Part shown: positions 39,368 to 53,149 of the stretch, in pieces
How the letters are laid out: each line of letters starts with the position of its first letter
Position numbering within the stretch: the stretch's first letter is position 1
Source of the DNA: Trichoplax adhaerens
Taxonomy: Eukaryota; Animalia; Placozoa
DNA: 64,000 nt
Assembly (NCBI RefSeq): GCF_000150275.1
Contig: NW_002060973.1
Coordinates: 124,001 to 188,000 of the forward strand
Direction: 5' to 3'
Notes under the pieces: model-generated
Databases searched by the model: none
What the model saw: only the letters and a program-made list of their open reading frames with translations
What the model was told of the DNA's origin: nothing
Translations under genes and position numbers: made by a program

Positions 39368-42080
39368 ATTACTGGTAAGACAGTTTGACAGATATAAAAT
39401 TGGAAGGTATGAGATCTTCTTATCTATCTCAATTGTACTTGGGAAACTTTTCTATTCAATTCAGACGTCTGGAAATTCTAGAGTAAATTTGAAAATACTC
39501 CAATTAATTTCTAGTTTTGAGCGTTACGATGCGGTGAAGTTTAATAACGTTTTGAATCATTGCATATATTAGTAGATGTACTATGATTGTAGTGCAGTAT
39601 TCGCTAACTACTAAAGTCACAGTCATACGATGTTGATGCGGTGTAATTCATAACTTAGCTCTATATGTTTATTGAGATTTAATTAATTCTATTATGTACA
39701 TTGGATGCTACCATTCAGAATTGGATGGTGACTGCATTGCGTATCTTGATAAATCATGCGTGCATGAAATTGCTATTAACTTAATTGAAATTATTGTACG
39801 CTAAATAATTAGATTCAATAAAAATTGTGAAATCTGTTCACTTTCTTGTCATGTATATTAATGAATCGAGTTCGTGCTTTGTATTTTTAGGTAAAGTGTT
39901 AATTGCTTCCCTTCAATATACCTAATGTACGCTGAACCTTGACTTTCTACTTTAATGTCTCGCAAATTCGAGTAATTTGGATCGATCGTAAATCAATCAG
40001 GCAATAAAAATAGCGTTCAACTGAAACGGAACAAGACATGGCATCATCGAATGCTACATGATGTAGATTCCTTGATTGAAAAAATCGAAGAGTCTTTACT
40101 CGATGCCGCAGTTATATCTTTCCGTTCATCGATCGTGCTAAATAGTCATTATTTCCAACAAACACGTAAAATAATAGGATCGTACTTATGAGTAGAGGCT
40201 GTTGAAAGTATATCCTCCATTCATTTGGTTTTATGATCATCCAAACCCCACTACTATAAAAGTACTATATAATTTGTTTTTTAACTGTTGCACGAGTGCG
40301 AGTATGTATGTAAGTGTATAACATATATATCATTGTCATCTAGTTTCCATATTAATCACCTCATAATGTTCGAATTTGCTTAGTTTTCATACATTTTGCT
40401 CTCACTAAATGACTCTTTATAGTACCAGCAGCAGTAGAATCATGCAACTCGAACAACAACAACGGTATATGTATTAGTGCAGAGCTTACAAAATTACGAT
40501 TTGCAATGAACATACAGTATTTTTCTATTCTGAAGTCATTTATTATATGAAATTGGATCGAAGGCCATTTCGAATATGAGTCGAAGATTATATACGTGCT
40601 CCAGTACCTTCATATCTACGTAGAATTTTCAAGAACAATCACGCGTAGCATATATATTACGACCAATATCAGTAATCATTTTAATGCCGGTAATGGCTGT
40701 CCAATATATCATTTAATATCGATAATAGCTGTTCTATTATAAAAGATACAATGTACCTAGTGTACTCGTATCATATTATATTTATTGGTAGATTAATACC
40801 ACAATAATTAAGCATTGATGAAATATAAATTACGTATAAAGTAGACCATATTTTTGTATTTAATGTGAACACAAAAATTGAATATCTCGGTATTGATACT
40901 ATTTTTATTGGGTAACTTTAAGCCACAAAAACTGAATATCGATAAAATATATATTATCTAGTGCATTGGCGTATATGCTAATAAAGTACGTAAGCTACAA
41001 TACTGGTCTCCTTATTTGTTTTTATTAGTTCCAGCTCCTGCTGTAGTTTATTTCTATTTATTTTATAGTGATCTCCATTACGATGCCTTTATAGTCTCTG
41101 ATAGTACATAATGTTGGATCTTTTACCGGTAGTTGGATTGATGACAGCAACAACATCAGGTTTTCGCTGCATCATCATTTATTATTTGGCAGTATTGAAG
41201 AAATTAATCGTCTTGCCTGAATCTTGACCGATTCAGTTTAATTATTCTAACAGTATTTGAACGAAAAACAGAAGTAAAAGCATCGACAACGAATGGTTTA
41301 TTATCTTACATAGCTTGTGCATCCTATTATACACTTACGTTTATTAAGTTCGTAGTTAAGAAAGCAAGCAAAGGTAAATTATTATAAATATCTTGCTTTA
41401 ATCGTTGCTGGTCATTTTTATTTTTCTACAAGTAGTTCAACGTAGAATAAGAGTAAGAACAACAACCAAAAATTTTGTGATATACGTGGTTTACGTATCC
41501 TCTCATAGAGTTTTACCGTAGTAAAACAGGCAAGTGTATACCATGGTGTAAATATCTTGCTCTAACCATTGCAGGCTAGATCTATTCTACAGTACTAGTT
41601 TTTATTTGAACGTGAACTTTATTAGTATACTATAATTACTTTTACAGACTACAAAACTGTATCAGCATCTTAGCATAATTCAAGCTATCAGCTATAATTA
41701 CATTAAATTACAGTTGTATCAGTGAATTAATTCTCTGCAAATATTAAACAGTCACATGTACGTAGCAGCTAGGATGGAACCTGCTACGCGCACAATAACT
41801 TCGAAATAATAGTCTAATGAAATACAGCTAAAGTTACTGTACTGAAAGATCATAACTTATGAATGGCCAGTAATCCTCTTTATGACGTCACTTTTTACCT
41901 CTATGTCCAGAGCATAAGTTTAGAGATACAACCCTAATAAGTGAAATAGATAATCTACTTAGAGTGAGAGTTGATCAGGATTAGATCATCGTGCATAACA
42001 CTGTGGTACAACAATTTTGCTACTTGAAACCGTGACTATTCGTCATTATCCAGTTATGCAATGGCAATGTGTGCTTCAAT

Positions 42081-42962
42081 TTATATCAATTTAACATTTT
42101 TATAACATAAATCGTCAATCTTGGCGGCTTGAGTAATGACGTTCGCTTTTAAAAGTGTTTCATTGCATTTCTCTAGCATAGATCGAGATACATGTTTACA
42201 ATCATCAGCATAAGCTAAGGATTCAAACCATTTTTCAACATCATCACGGCGTTGATTGTGCATCTTGGCAACATAATCAATGGAAGATTGATGCTTATTT
42301 TGAATGAAAGTACGGCAAGATTGAGTGATACAGTCCAATAAAGAATTGAGTTGATCGCCATGACTATCTAGTAAATCCTTCCTAGCAGCCATGAGGAATG
42401 CACACCAAGGTGCAGCAATCTGCCCAATAGATCGAATTTCACCACTGTCATGGTAAGGCTTCGTTGTGAAACGTTCCCATAGAAAGGCGTCTGCATCACC
42501 GTTGTTGACACCATTGCGTAAACCAGTAAAGTTATTCAAGACCGTAAATTGGAAGAGATCATCCGAAGAGAGCCAACCTAATTCTTCACATAATACATAG
42601 GCCATGATATGGCTACCACTACCATACCGACTGATTCCGATCTTAGCCCCTTTCAGATTTTGTGTATTCGTATAAGGTGAGTTGCTACCACTTGAGACAA
42701 CCCAGGTTAACGGTGAAGCAACGTAGGTACCACAAATTTGAAATTCATCGGCCCCTTTAGCGATGCTAGCAACTAGACCTTCAGTCAAAGCCATAACCAT
42801 GTCAAGTCGACCCGTTTTTAAGCCTTCGATCATCTCTCCAGTTCCACCTGGGCAAGAAATGAGCTCGACATTAAAGCCACTCTGCAAAAATTGACCTTGT
42901 TCCTTCGCGATATGCAATGGAGTGTTAAAGTGTTCCGGTACCCCACCAATTTTGATTTCCAT
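42081..42962 (-). CDS. Type 2 periplasmic-binding-protein-fold protein (Ca3427-like / NMT1-THI5 / SsuA-like), 293 aa, CDS without introns
   Basis: Single ORF with the motifs IGGVPEHFNTP, CPGGTGEM, ALTEGLV, GTYVASPLTW, IGISRYGSGSHIM and DAFLWERFTTKPYHDSGE, which I recognise from the Ca3427-like family of fungi and Bacteroidetes. No signal peptide or lipobox. Confidence 0.85.
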   Translation of the reverse strand: MEIKIGGVPEHFNTPLHIAKEQGQFLQSGFNVELISCPGGTGEMIEGLKTGRLDMVMALTEGLVASIAKGADEFQICGTYVASPLTWVVSSGSNSPYTNTQNLKGAKIGISRYGSGSHIMAYVLCEELGWLSSDDLFQFTVLNNFTGLRNGVNNGDADAFLWERFTTKPYHDSGEIRSIGQIAAPWCAFLMAARKDLLDSHGDQLNSLLDCITQSCRTFIQNKHQSSIDYVAKMHNQRRDDVEKWFESLAYADDCKHVSRSMLEKCNETLLKANVITQAAKIDDLCYKNVKLI

Positions 42963-45420
42963 CTTTTGTGCTATCTTGAGCGTTTATACCAACTATTAGA
43001 ATAATGCTTTAGGAGCAAGACTGTATTGATTTAACTTACTGTACAAGGATTTCCTTCATATAACCCTGGAAAGTGCTGGAATGGTGTCTATTTTTGTACT
43101 ACGGAAAGCACAACTGATTATTGATTTGATGAAGGCGTTGTCGAAGTGATATTGTGGAGATACAGTAGATTCGAATGGCATCAGCTGTATACTATGCTAT
43201 ACATGGCATAGATGTGTTATGGATACTATAGCGGTAATCTAGTAAGCCACTGCACATGCTCTAACAAGAAACTGTGCAAAGCCAGATGTCACTGCTTGAG
43301 CTTCATTTCTACCACAGTAGATTGCATGCTATCACTAGGAGTGTGACAATATCTTTGCACACCACCATCAAGCTAAGATTTACCAAATTGGTCGCTTCTG
43401 CTTCCAATGTCATGAAGGAAAGGCTACTGTTGATTCGATTTGATTCCATTTGCGATGTATCTGGTTTACAGAGTACAATACATTAGAAACTGCATGCACT
43501 AACACCAGTAGTATCTACTATAAATTAGGATAAATTTAAAATAGTAAATGAAAAGCAACTGACACAGATATCTTGCCAAACGTAATTAAAATTTAAATCC
43601 AGTAAGCGTCAGCAGATAAAAATAGCATATACATGTTATAATTTATTGCGAGTCCAATATGAACGGAAAATAAGAGCTAGCAATTCCAAAAAGATCTTGA
43701 TTTATATACAACAAAAATAAACATCTTCTATCACCTTTACAAGTAACTCTAACATCCTAATTAGCGCAGTAGCGGCTTCTATTGGCACTAATGTGCGGGC
43801 ATGTTAAGGTCTACTTTTCCATATGAGGCAGAGATAACAACTGGTTACATTACTAATAAACTTCTAGTCGGTTAAATTATTATAATCACTTATGCACACG
43901 TTCGCATACAATATGGATGGTCAAATTGCTTAAAATACATTTTTCATTCCGACAACAGTATTTAATGATCTGTATAAAACCGTATATATTGTATTACAGT
44001 CTATAGAACTATCAAGGGTATGCTGATTCATAACGTGCGTATCTTGTGCGCTAGACCATTTTTGCTCTAGTAAGTAATTAATTATTAATTTCTATGTTAT
44101 CCATCAAGCATACTACACAAGTTCCTTTATGTCACTGTCACAATTTCACTTCTGCGACAAGGTAACGTACAGTAAAAGTCTATAAGTAGCTACTAACTTA
44201 AACGCCCTTTTACTTAACGTTAAACACACACAGCAAAAGACTGTAAAGATGAAGCTTTTATTAGCAAAGATACATCTACAACTTTTTACCACCCTCTCAA
44301 CTCAAATGTTCCCGTTTATATAGGAACCGTCTAATTTGTAAACAACAACAGTATTATTATTATACCTTACTAGGAGAATCATCTCGAACTAAGATGCTCC
44401 TTAGATAGCTTTTCTATCAGTAAATATTTTGAATCTCTTACTCATACTTAATCTTAATCTAAGCTCGTAGGTTGTCTAATTCAACTATCATCAACTAGAA
44501 CTTGAATCATCCTACTGCTATCTATCACACAATAACAATTAATACCAAATATGTAATGAACTATTACAAACAACATCCACGTTAAGGCATTACTTATCTT
44601 ACCTAGCACTATAAATATGGATATTCTCCATACTAGCTACTACTGTACTTATTAAACTATCCGAATGACAAGGCAACACCGTAACAGTCATATAGCAAAT
44701 ATCTTGCATAATTAAATTATGAAACTTGTGGTGTTTAAATCGCCTTCTTGCGTAACCTAATGATCTCTTTAAAAAATTTCATATTGGTGCGATTTATATG
44801 AAACTTATTAACTATTTGCCCATGTTTGCCATAATATTTACAGTAAATGAGAAGATATACACTGATGTAGAGCTATTATGTATACAGTATATCTTAGGTG
44901 CTGTACAATTTCCTTCACCGGCAGCATTTATTGAACTCCATATACGAGTGCATCTCAAATTATAATAGAATAGTAGTAAGATACAGGTAATGTGCTAGGA
45001 GTTTTTGCTCACACAACAACATTTATGTATTTCCTTCATTTCATGTATCGTATACTGGCATATAAACGTTTATTCGTACCTGAAATACTCGAGTGTACAA
45101 TATTTTTAATATTCTAATCCGTGCGGTATGCGTATACAGATTGTATGTTCTAGTGCAGTAGCCAGTATTTTAACTTGTTAAAATTCATTGCTGAATTAGT
45201 GCACTTTATCTATTTTGTATTCGAAACTACCCATACTGAACTTAATGTTTTTTATTAACGTTACTCTCCACCAAGTAATTCAATGTGATGGGAAAAATAT
45301 CCAATAAACATTTTATAATCAACCCGTTGAAATTTTCGCGTGCTGGCTAACTATAGACACTTTCTCGACTCTGTCATCAGCATAACCCATACCAAGTTCT
45401 ATCTTAATTAACGCTTACCG

Positions 45421-45764
45421 ATCAGGTAATGCAATTTAATAGGATAATATGCAATAAGTGTTTTATAATGTACCGGGTTGGAATTCTTACATTGTTACAA
45501 TTATAGATGCACATTGATAGATTATCGATTCTGTAATCAGGATTAGCCATGCTGAATTAAATCTTTCAGACGCTACTATTATGCCTGGTTGACTGGTGAG
45601 CTCATTTGAGAGGGTTACACGAAGTAGAGCACTCTGAGAATAACAGCTTGTAACTAAACGCAATCTTCTAACTTTTTCTACATATTTCTATATAGCGTCT
45701 GCATATAATTATTCTATCAGGTAATTTAATTTAATAGGATAATATGAAATAAGTGTTTTATAAT
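45421..45764. repeat. 49 bp direct repeat pair (45421-45469 and 45716-45764) flanking about 246 bp
   Basis: ATCAGGTAAT(GC/TT)AATTTAATAGGATAATATG(C/A)AATAAGTGTTTTATAAT, 3 mismatches. Confidence 0.85.
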
Positions 45765-48358
45765 TATTAATAGTTCTGTATTAATGTGCGTCCATCAACT
45801 CACAAAATGCACTACTTTGGAGCGCTTAATCCATTACAGGATGCAATTGAAATGATTGTGTCGTGATAGCGCTACTCACAGTATGAGTATTATTGCAATT
45901 AATACCAAAATCAAGCGCTGGATAAAATCGAAGGGCGAATAAGGTTAAATTTCTTACCTATCGATTTAACAATATGCTAGGAACTTGCTATTAATGATGA
46001 ACAGTTTAGCGTAGTCAGGAAGAAAATCTTACTTAGACGCTTATTGTACATATTTAAATGTAGAAATCGGCTTATATAAGTCGAATCTAGATTGCATTAA
46101 AACCGTCAATGGTTTATAGTAGATTCAAGATGGTAATAAGGTCTCTAATGGATATCAGTACAGCACAAAAGTAAGTTAATATCTAGTATTGAGCTATAGT
46201 AATGCATTCAGTTCCTTAAACTTACTGCCGTCACTCTGCCTATAGTTAGAAGCATGGACACTATGACTTGCATTATTCTAATGATGGACATGATGTATTA
46301 TACATAAAATAGCTTGATGAAAGTAAAAGGGAATAAAATCTGCCTTTCTTGCCGCTATTACTAATCATTCTCTTAAATTTAAATACTAACATTACATCAA
46401 TTATGCTTTTCCATATAGGTGATATCCAGCGGTTCAAATTGACTCCATTTTCTACAAGTGAAACGTTTTTATCGAATGAAACTGCTGTAATCTTTCCGGT
46501 CTACAAAGCCATTATTGATTTCTCCTTATCAACCGAAATAATAACTTTTATTAGCGGCAGTAATCTCGGTACTTTTAAGTAAACAATTATTTGGATGTAC
46601 GATAGAAGCATAGTAATTGTCAGCGATAAGTAACACACTTATGGAGCACAAGGGCTATTGACTCAGTAATCATTATTAACCTTAAAAAAATACCTTATAA
46701 CGATACGATAAATTACCTTGATTAGATAATATTGTAATCATCCAACCGAATTTACATGTAAAGTAGTCATCATTAGTATTTATTCTATCATGCAAGAAAT
46801 ACTTATACAATCATAACAACGCCAAGGAATTATAATCAATCAAAAATAATCAATTTAATTCCTCTGGATAGCGTTAGATTAGTTTAATACTGATGCTTGA
46901 ATAATATTCAGTTGGCCATCAGTTTAACATCAACAAGGCTACAGAAAGATTGGAAAGAAATAGAGGATTTGATGGATGGAATAATAAGGGTGTCTACATT
47001 AAGAAGTTAAATAGTCTTTCAACCGTATGCAACTTATTTTTACTATGGCTCAAAGTCGCAAATAGACCATATCCATGATCAAAAAAGGCTCTAAATGGGC
47101 ATAGATTAATATCCATACTGTTTGAATATCTGTAACAATACGTTAATTAACCGGTAGACTGATTGATATAATCTCTATTTATGGCATAGATTACCATGAC
47201 TTCAATTAGAAAAGAGACAACATTTGTTTTATCCATCATTGATATTCAATTATCAAGATGGACAATCTATCATTTTTATTAATCAAGATCCTACGTATGG
47301 CGTTGGACTAATTGTTAAAGAGCGATAATTAACCTGCTAACAATAATAAAGACGCCAGCTATTAATGTTTTTCTCATCATTGATGGTAAATGCCATTTTA
47401 CCAGCAGATCGATATTCCCTTATTATTTTTCATCTTGATTGATTTTTAACCCCTCAATACCATGTCATCGATTGCACCTGGCTGATGATACATACAATCA
47501 TCACATTTTTGATAGATTGAAATAATCGTGTAACATTTCTGTCTTAATCCTAGATTAAAAATGCGCGCATATATTTTAGGCTAGTTTATTGTTATTTTAT
47601 GATTTTATTTCATTTAACACCTACGATATAGAAGTTTTACGCTTGCATCAATAATCTACTTTAAGTCGATTTATCAAATCTTCTAGATAAAGCTGGTATG
47701 CAATAATTTCTATTATGGAGATATAATATTTATTATTTTAGAAGTTACTATAAGATATTAATGGTAAATCCAAAATAAGAAACGAATCGAAAAAAGTTCG
47801 AAGCTATACCATGATCATTTTCTGCCCTTATTGTCGATGTTTGAGTAGTGTTGACTTAATACAATTTCAAGTTTACTATGTCTTGCTTAAGTAAATTATC
47901 GCAGACAGTTTGGTGTCGATTATTCAAACTGCTATCCATTTCATTCAAGTTCTATCAGCAACATCAACAAAGGTAAATAATAACTGAATAGGATTAAAAG
48001 CTCTGTTTTTATCCATTAATTAATCCTTTTTTCTGTTATTATCAATATATTATCAAAAGGGATTGTAACTTTGAACAGATGAAGCTAATATGGAAAAGAT
48101 GAGATCTTTTGATAATGAATCATTTCATCTAACAGTTGAATAATTGTATCATAGATTTAATATGGATTGACTATGTAATGGCTACTTAGCCAATTTTGCA
48201 ATCGATTTCTAGTCTTGCATAAAGAAATGAAATAAATGATAAAATAAGCGGTTGTGTAGTCGAACAACTACCACCTATGTATTAGCTTAATCTTAACTTA
48301 AATTAATTTATTCTGTTGATTAATAAAGAGAAAAAATAAGAAAATAAAAGGATGAATG

Positions 48359-48443
48359 AATTCAGTATTATTTTAAGGAAGTAAAAGCCTGGGTAAATTC
48401 AGTATTAGAATAAGGAATTAAAAGCATGGGTAAATTCAGTATT
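48359..48443. repeat. 37 bp minisatellite, about 2.3 copies
   Basis: AATTCAGTATTA...TAAGGAA.TAAAAGC.TGGGTA with units starting at 48359, 48396 and 48433. Confidence 0.85.
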
Positions 48444-51400
48444 CTTGTTTATGGTACAGGATCAATCCAGGCTGTTAGAGGAAGATAGAAGAAGATCTAT
48501 CATCAGTTGATAGCCATCATGTTGTCATAAGCTGATATCTATCGCCATGATGACGATAAAGACATCGATAAATAAAATGGCATGGAATGAGAGCAGGTGC
48601 AACATAATTTGATTGATAGAGTAATTGATTTAAGTGATAGTTTTTAGTCCAAAATGATTGAATATTCTTTTGTTATAGGCCTATTGCTTGGAATTTAAGT
48701 AATATTTAATTACATGATTTACCCTTCCATCTTTTTTTAATACTAATATTGGTAAGTTTAGATCCTTGTTATAAATTAAATGGAATAATATAATCACAGA
48801 TGGAAATACTATAGATTCATCTATTTTAATAATTCATTTAATAAGATATCCTAGTCTTCCGATCTTTGTATTTCCGATACGTATTACTTTGCTAATGTTT
48901 GCCTGGGGCATAAAAAATCAAGATCAACGCCCTTTTAAGAAAGGCTTCCACTATTTTCAATATTAGTTTTAGCTTTAGCTTTAATAATGTTGTTACTAGC
49001 AAGATTCTTTATCGTTTGCAGGCCTTAATTCTATATTTAAAAAGATTATTAATTTTTAATAAATAGATCAAAATGATTCAGGGGTAGAAAGAACATTATT
49101 GCAGGTCATTTAATTTCAACCTTAAATAAAAGGATATATTAATTAATGATCCATTCCTATAACTGCCATATTTTATTTCTACTTTATTTATTCACATCAG
49201 TGAATTAGTAACAACAACATCATCATGATAATAACAAACCCCCAAAATGATAAATTATAATTCTATATTGAATAGATTTAAAATGTATTTGAGAGATAGC
49301 CCGATTGGTTGCATATGTGATAATGATAATTAAGGAATTTTCTAAAATATTTCTCCAAATAATGCCAAAGCAACATGAATGAATATCTGATTGGTTTTCA
49401 TAAATTTTCTTTACTAATTTTACGATTAATAAAGGAAATACCTAACATCTTGACAGTTATGACTTAATGTTTCAAAATTGTCAACGCGCCATTGCTGAAT
49501 AAATGGCTTTGCTTTGTCTTCCCAAGCTGCTATTCTTTCTGAATTGTTAACTTAAGGTTAATATTATAAAAGAAGTGATAGACGAGAAACATTAGCCGAA
49601 GAATGAACTGGCGACAACGATTAGACAGTTTCAACAATAGCAGTATTGTCTTTATCATCGTCAAAGTGAGAAAATGAAATGATGAATAGTGTAATATTAC
49701 ATAATTATTCTTTATTCTTTATTACAGTTATGATATAGATGGTTATAAGGATTAATTTAAGGTTTAACGAAAGTGTATGATTTTATAATGGAGGTAAAAA
49801 TCTAGTTTAGCAAGCTCAATTGAATATCGTTCGACTCATACTAAATTTTAAGCTTCTTCTTTCGTCAATAGTAACAGTTATGGATGAAATTTTAGTAACG
49901 ATCGCGTATAATCATGCACCCTAGATATAGAATAAATAGTGTTACATTTCCAGTAGACAATTTAAGATAAAATATGAAATAATAAAGTCAATAAGATTAA
50001 TCTATGATAATCAATAATGATATTATAGATAACTGATGATAAAAAAAATGATACTGCTATGCGGCTACTATAGTCATTTTATGACGAATTTATGATTAAT
50101 GACCAAGTTAATCGTAGTAGAAATAAACTACTAATCGCTAAAGTAACTACTACAGTAATCAGTATTTACACAGTATTTACACAATATCTGACGCTATGGT
50201 TATATCGTATTAGGTCATTCCTTTTTTCCTGACGTGCTATAATAACATTACGTTCTTAATTACATTACAGGATATCATCTGTCAAATTTGTCATCATTTA
50301 TAAAGCAATTATGCTGGATTATTCTCTCAGGCAATAATTGAAAAAATATTTCTCGTAACTATCATAATGGTAGCATTGATGGAAATCTGTCAATATTGCA
50401 TGATATCGAACAGGCGTAAGTAAATATGTTTTTCTATTTACTAATCCTTTATTCTTATCTGGATGAATAGCATACGTATTGTGCTTATGATTAAAGCATT
50501 ATTAGCAATGTTAGTTGTTGTCGCATACGAAAGGGAAGATTGTAAAAATTAGAGATTAGCGTTTTGAAATGATTCGATTCCATCATATTATGTACGCATA
50601 TATTCAAGATATTAATAGACTAATAGACTTCAATCTATTGTTCAAGAAAAATTTACATCCAGTAAGAATATATGGCTTTCCAATTCATTTAATAAGCTCT
50701 TATTCTTACGGATAATTATGTAGTACCTAGAGATATCGGTACTTTGTATCTACAGCAATTGTTCTACTCTTTCCAAGATAGATTTTAATATAAATTTATT
50801 TTGGCTTCTTTACTAAAGTATTGCCAGTTGGTGTCATTGTCATCGTCTCATCAAGTTATTTATTAGCTATCGATTATATTATTATTATTATTAAGTTTTA
50901 ATTGTTTTACTTTTCTTCTTAAAAAATAAGAGAGTCTCTAATTTTAAAATTAGATCTTGATTTAATATCAAGTTTACATTTCAATAAAGATATGACAAGT
51001 AATGAGACGAATTTTTACATTTAGAAATAAATGAGGCTATAATAAAAATCTTTTTGAATTAAGAATCCTGTACTACATACTGTTGGCTAATTAAAAATGA
51101 TTTGAAGGATTCGACTGACTTAAATTTTCATCACGTAAATTGATATCTGGCTGAATTAAGATAATCGCCTTAACTCATTGCCTCTTGTTAGTGTTTACAG
51201 ATTCCTCACCTAGATTAAAATTTTTTAAGTTACCACATCTAATTCAATCATGATCACTTCCTGGAAGTCAATTTCGTATGGTTTAAAATAAAAGCAATAG
51301 TATATTACACTAAAGCAAATAGCCATAGTTTAAATAGACTATACGAGTCAATAAGATTGTAGCAAAAGTCTATGCAAAATGGAGTATCTAACCTCTATAG

Positions 51401-53149
51401 CGCGTAAACCCTAACCCTATCTCAATTGGCAAAGAAAGAACAAAATTGTAGCATAATAAAGTAATCACTGCGCTATTTTCTGTACGATTTGCCTATTAAA
51501 GAAAATTGAGCTATGTAGATTAAATCAAACTTTCCTATTTGATGATTAACAGTTTAAATTAGACCGGTAAGAAAAGATAACTGGTTTATTATTCTAACTC
51601 GTTTAGATAGAACTTATACAGCAAGTAGCATTGATTATACGTAGCTTTCATGATAGCAAATTATGCTGGATCATCACAACACCTATTCAGAATAGAAATA
51701 GACTCTAATCATTTCTTGTTTTCGAATTATTTCACTATACTTGTTTTCATCTTATCTTCTTTATTCTATTAACTCACTTCTTGCTTGTGACTCTTTGCAA
51801 CTTTGTTATGATTATTATCAATTAGTCAATGAATTAACAAAACAAACATGAATAAGTCAATAGGTAATTCTCAAAATAAAGTCAAAAGGATTGTTTTCAT
51901 ACTGACAATCTCGATATTACTCATTCATCAATATCTTAATTGAGTATTACAGTTGTAGTTAGTCGAATCGATAGATAGCAATTCGTCAAATTTATGGCTA
52001 TAAAATGAAGTAATTTTAGGCATAAGACGATCTGCAATAGCAAAGTGGTATTTTTATTATAGAGTTGATTAATTATATTTCATCATGCTTATTAATCATG
52101 GTTAAGAAAATGCAACCATGTAATTTGATCATCAATTTCGAAATCGATAGAAGGCAAGCTGAATTGTTCGACGATTTTCCTTCGGCCGTACTGATGGTAA
52201 AAATCAATAAACATTAATGTCGTCAAATCATTGAATGGAGTAGAAAGTTATTGATACACTGTTTCTACAACCAAGTGTATACGTATGTCTTTATTAATAT
52301 GCATGAATCAATAAGATAGGAATTCAACAACAAAATTAATCAAAAACTTGAAGATTGATGAGTCTCGTATACAATACAGGTTACAATCAATTAAGAAAAA
52401 TGACTTTATAATCCGGTTATTATTGTCTTTATACAACAATGATGGTGAAGGCAAATGAAAGGAAATATTACATTTTGATTCCGTTGTTATCCTCCTTGTC
52501 TGCCTGTAATAATCATCACCACTTATGCTATATTGAGTATTTTAAATCAACAAACTGAATTATTTGCTTATTCAGACATGTTGTTAATCAATAGCTTAAC
52601 AATCATTGTAATCATCTTGGTGATATTATCATCAATCAATCCATGCAATTGAATAGCAAATTTAATATATTCTTCTTTCACTGTCTATGGCTCTTTTTTA
52701 TCCTCTCTTTCTCTCTTTCTCAATATATTTATCTCTGCCTTAGCCCTTGTAGTATGGAATATTCATTCAATTAAAGTTTAAATTACCCTACGATGAGGGA
52801 TAATATAGATCAAGTAGGAATTAATGAGGTTTTAAAAATGATTATTCCAATTTAAAGTTAGCCTAGCAGTAGGTCATATCGGCTGATGATTTACGTCAAA
52901 ACATTCAATCAACTCAAGCATAGAGCAGGAGTAAAGAGACATGTCAAAGATTGACAGTTATATTAAGGGGGGAGAAATCGCCAACATAAAACAACACTAG
53001 ATGATAGAGAATAGATACATAGACAGAAGAAAAGATACAACAGAAAATGTAATGACAAGTTAATGCTATTCTGATGGAAGCTAAGTGACAGTTGGGGCAT
53101 AAGGTGGGTGTTGAGACAGCACCTGACTGTTAATTCATCAATTCTGGCG

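Noticed and set aside
42081-42962. Bacterial contamination or endosymbiont operon
   Set aside because: Isolated gene with no operon partners, flanked by AT-rich eukaryote-like sequence. Misassembly cannot be fully excluded without reads.
51406-51419. CCCTAACCCTA telomere-like motif
   Set aside because: Only about two units; not an interstitial telomeric array.
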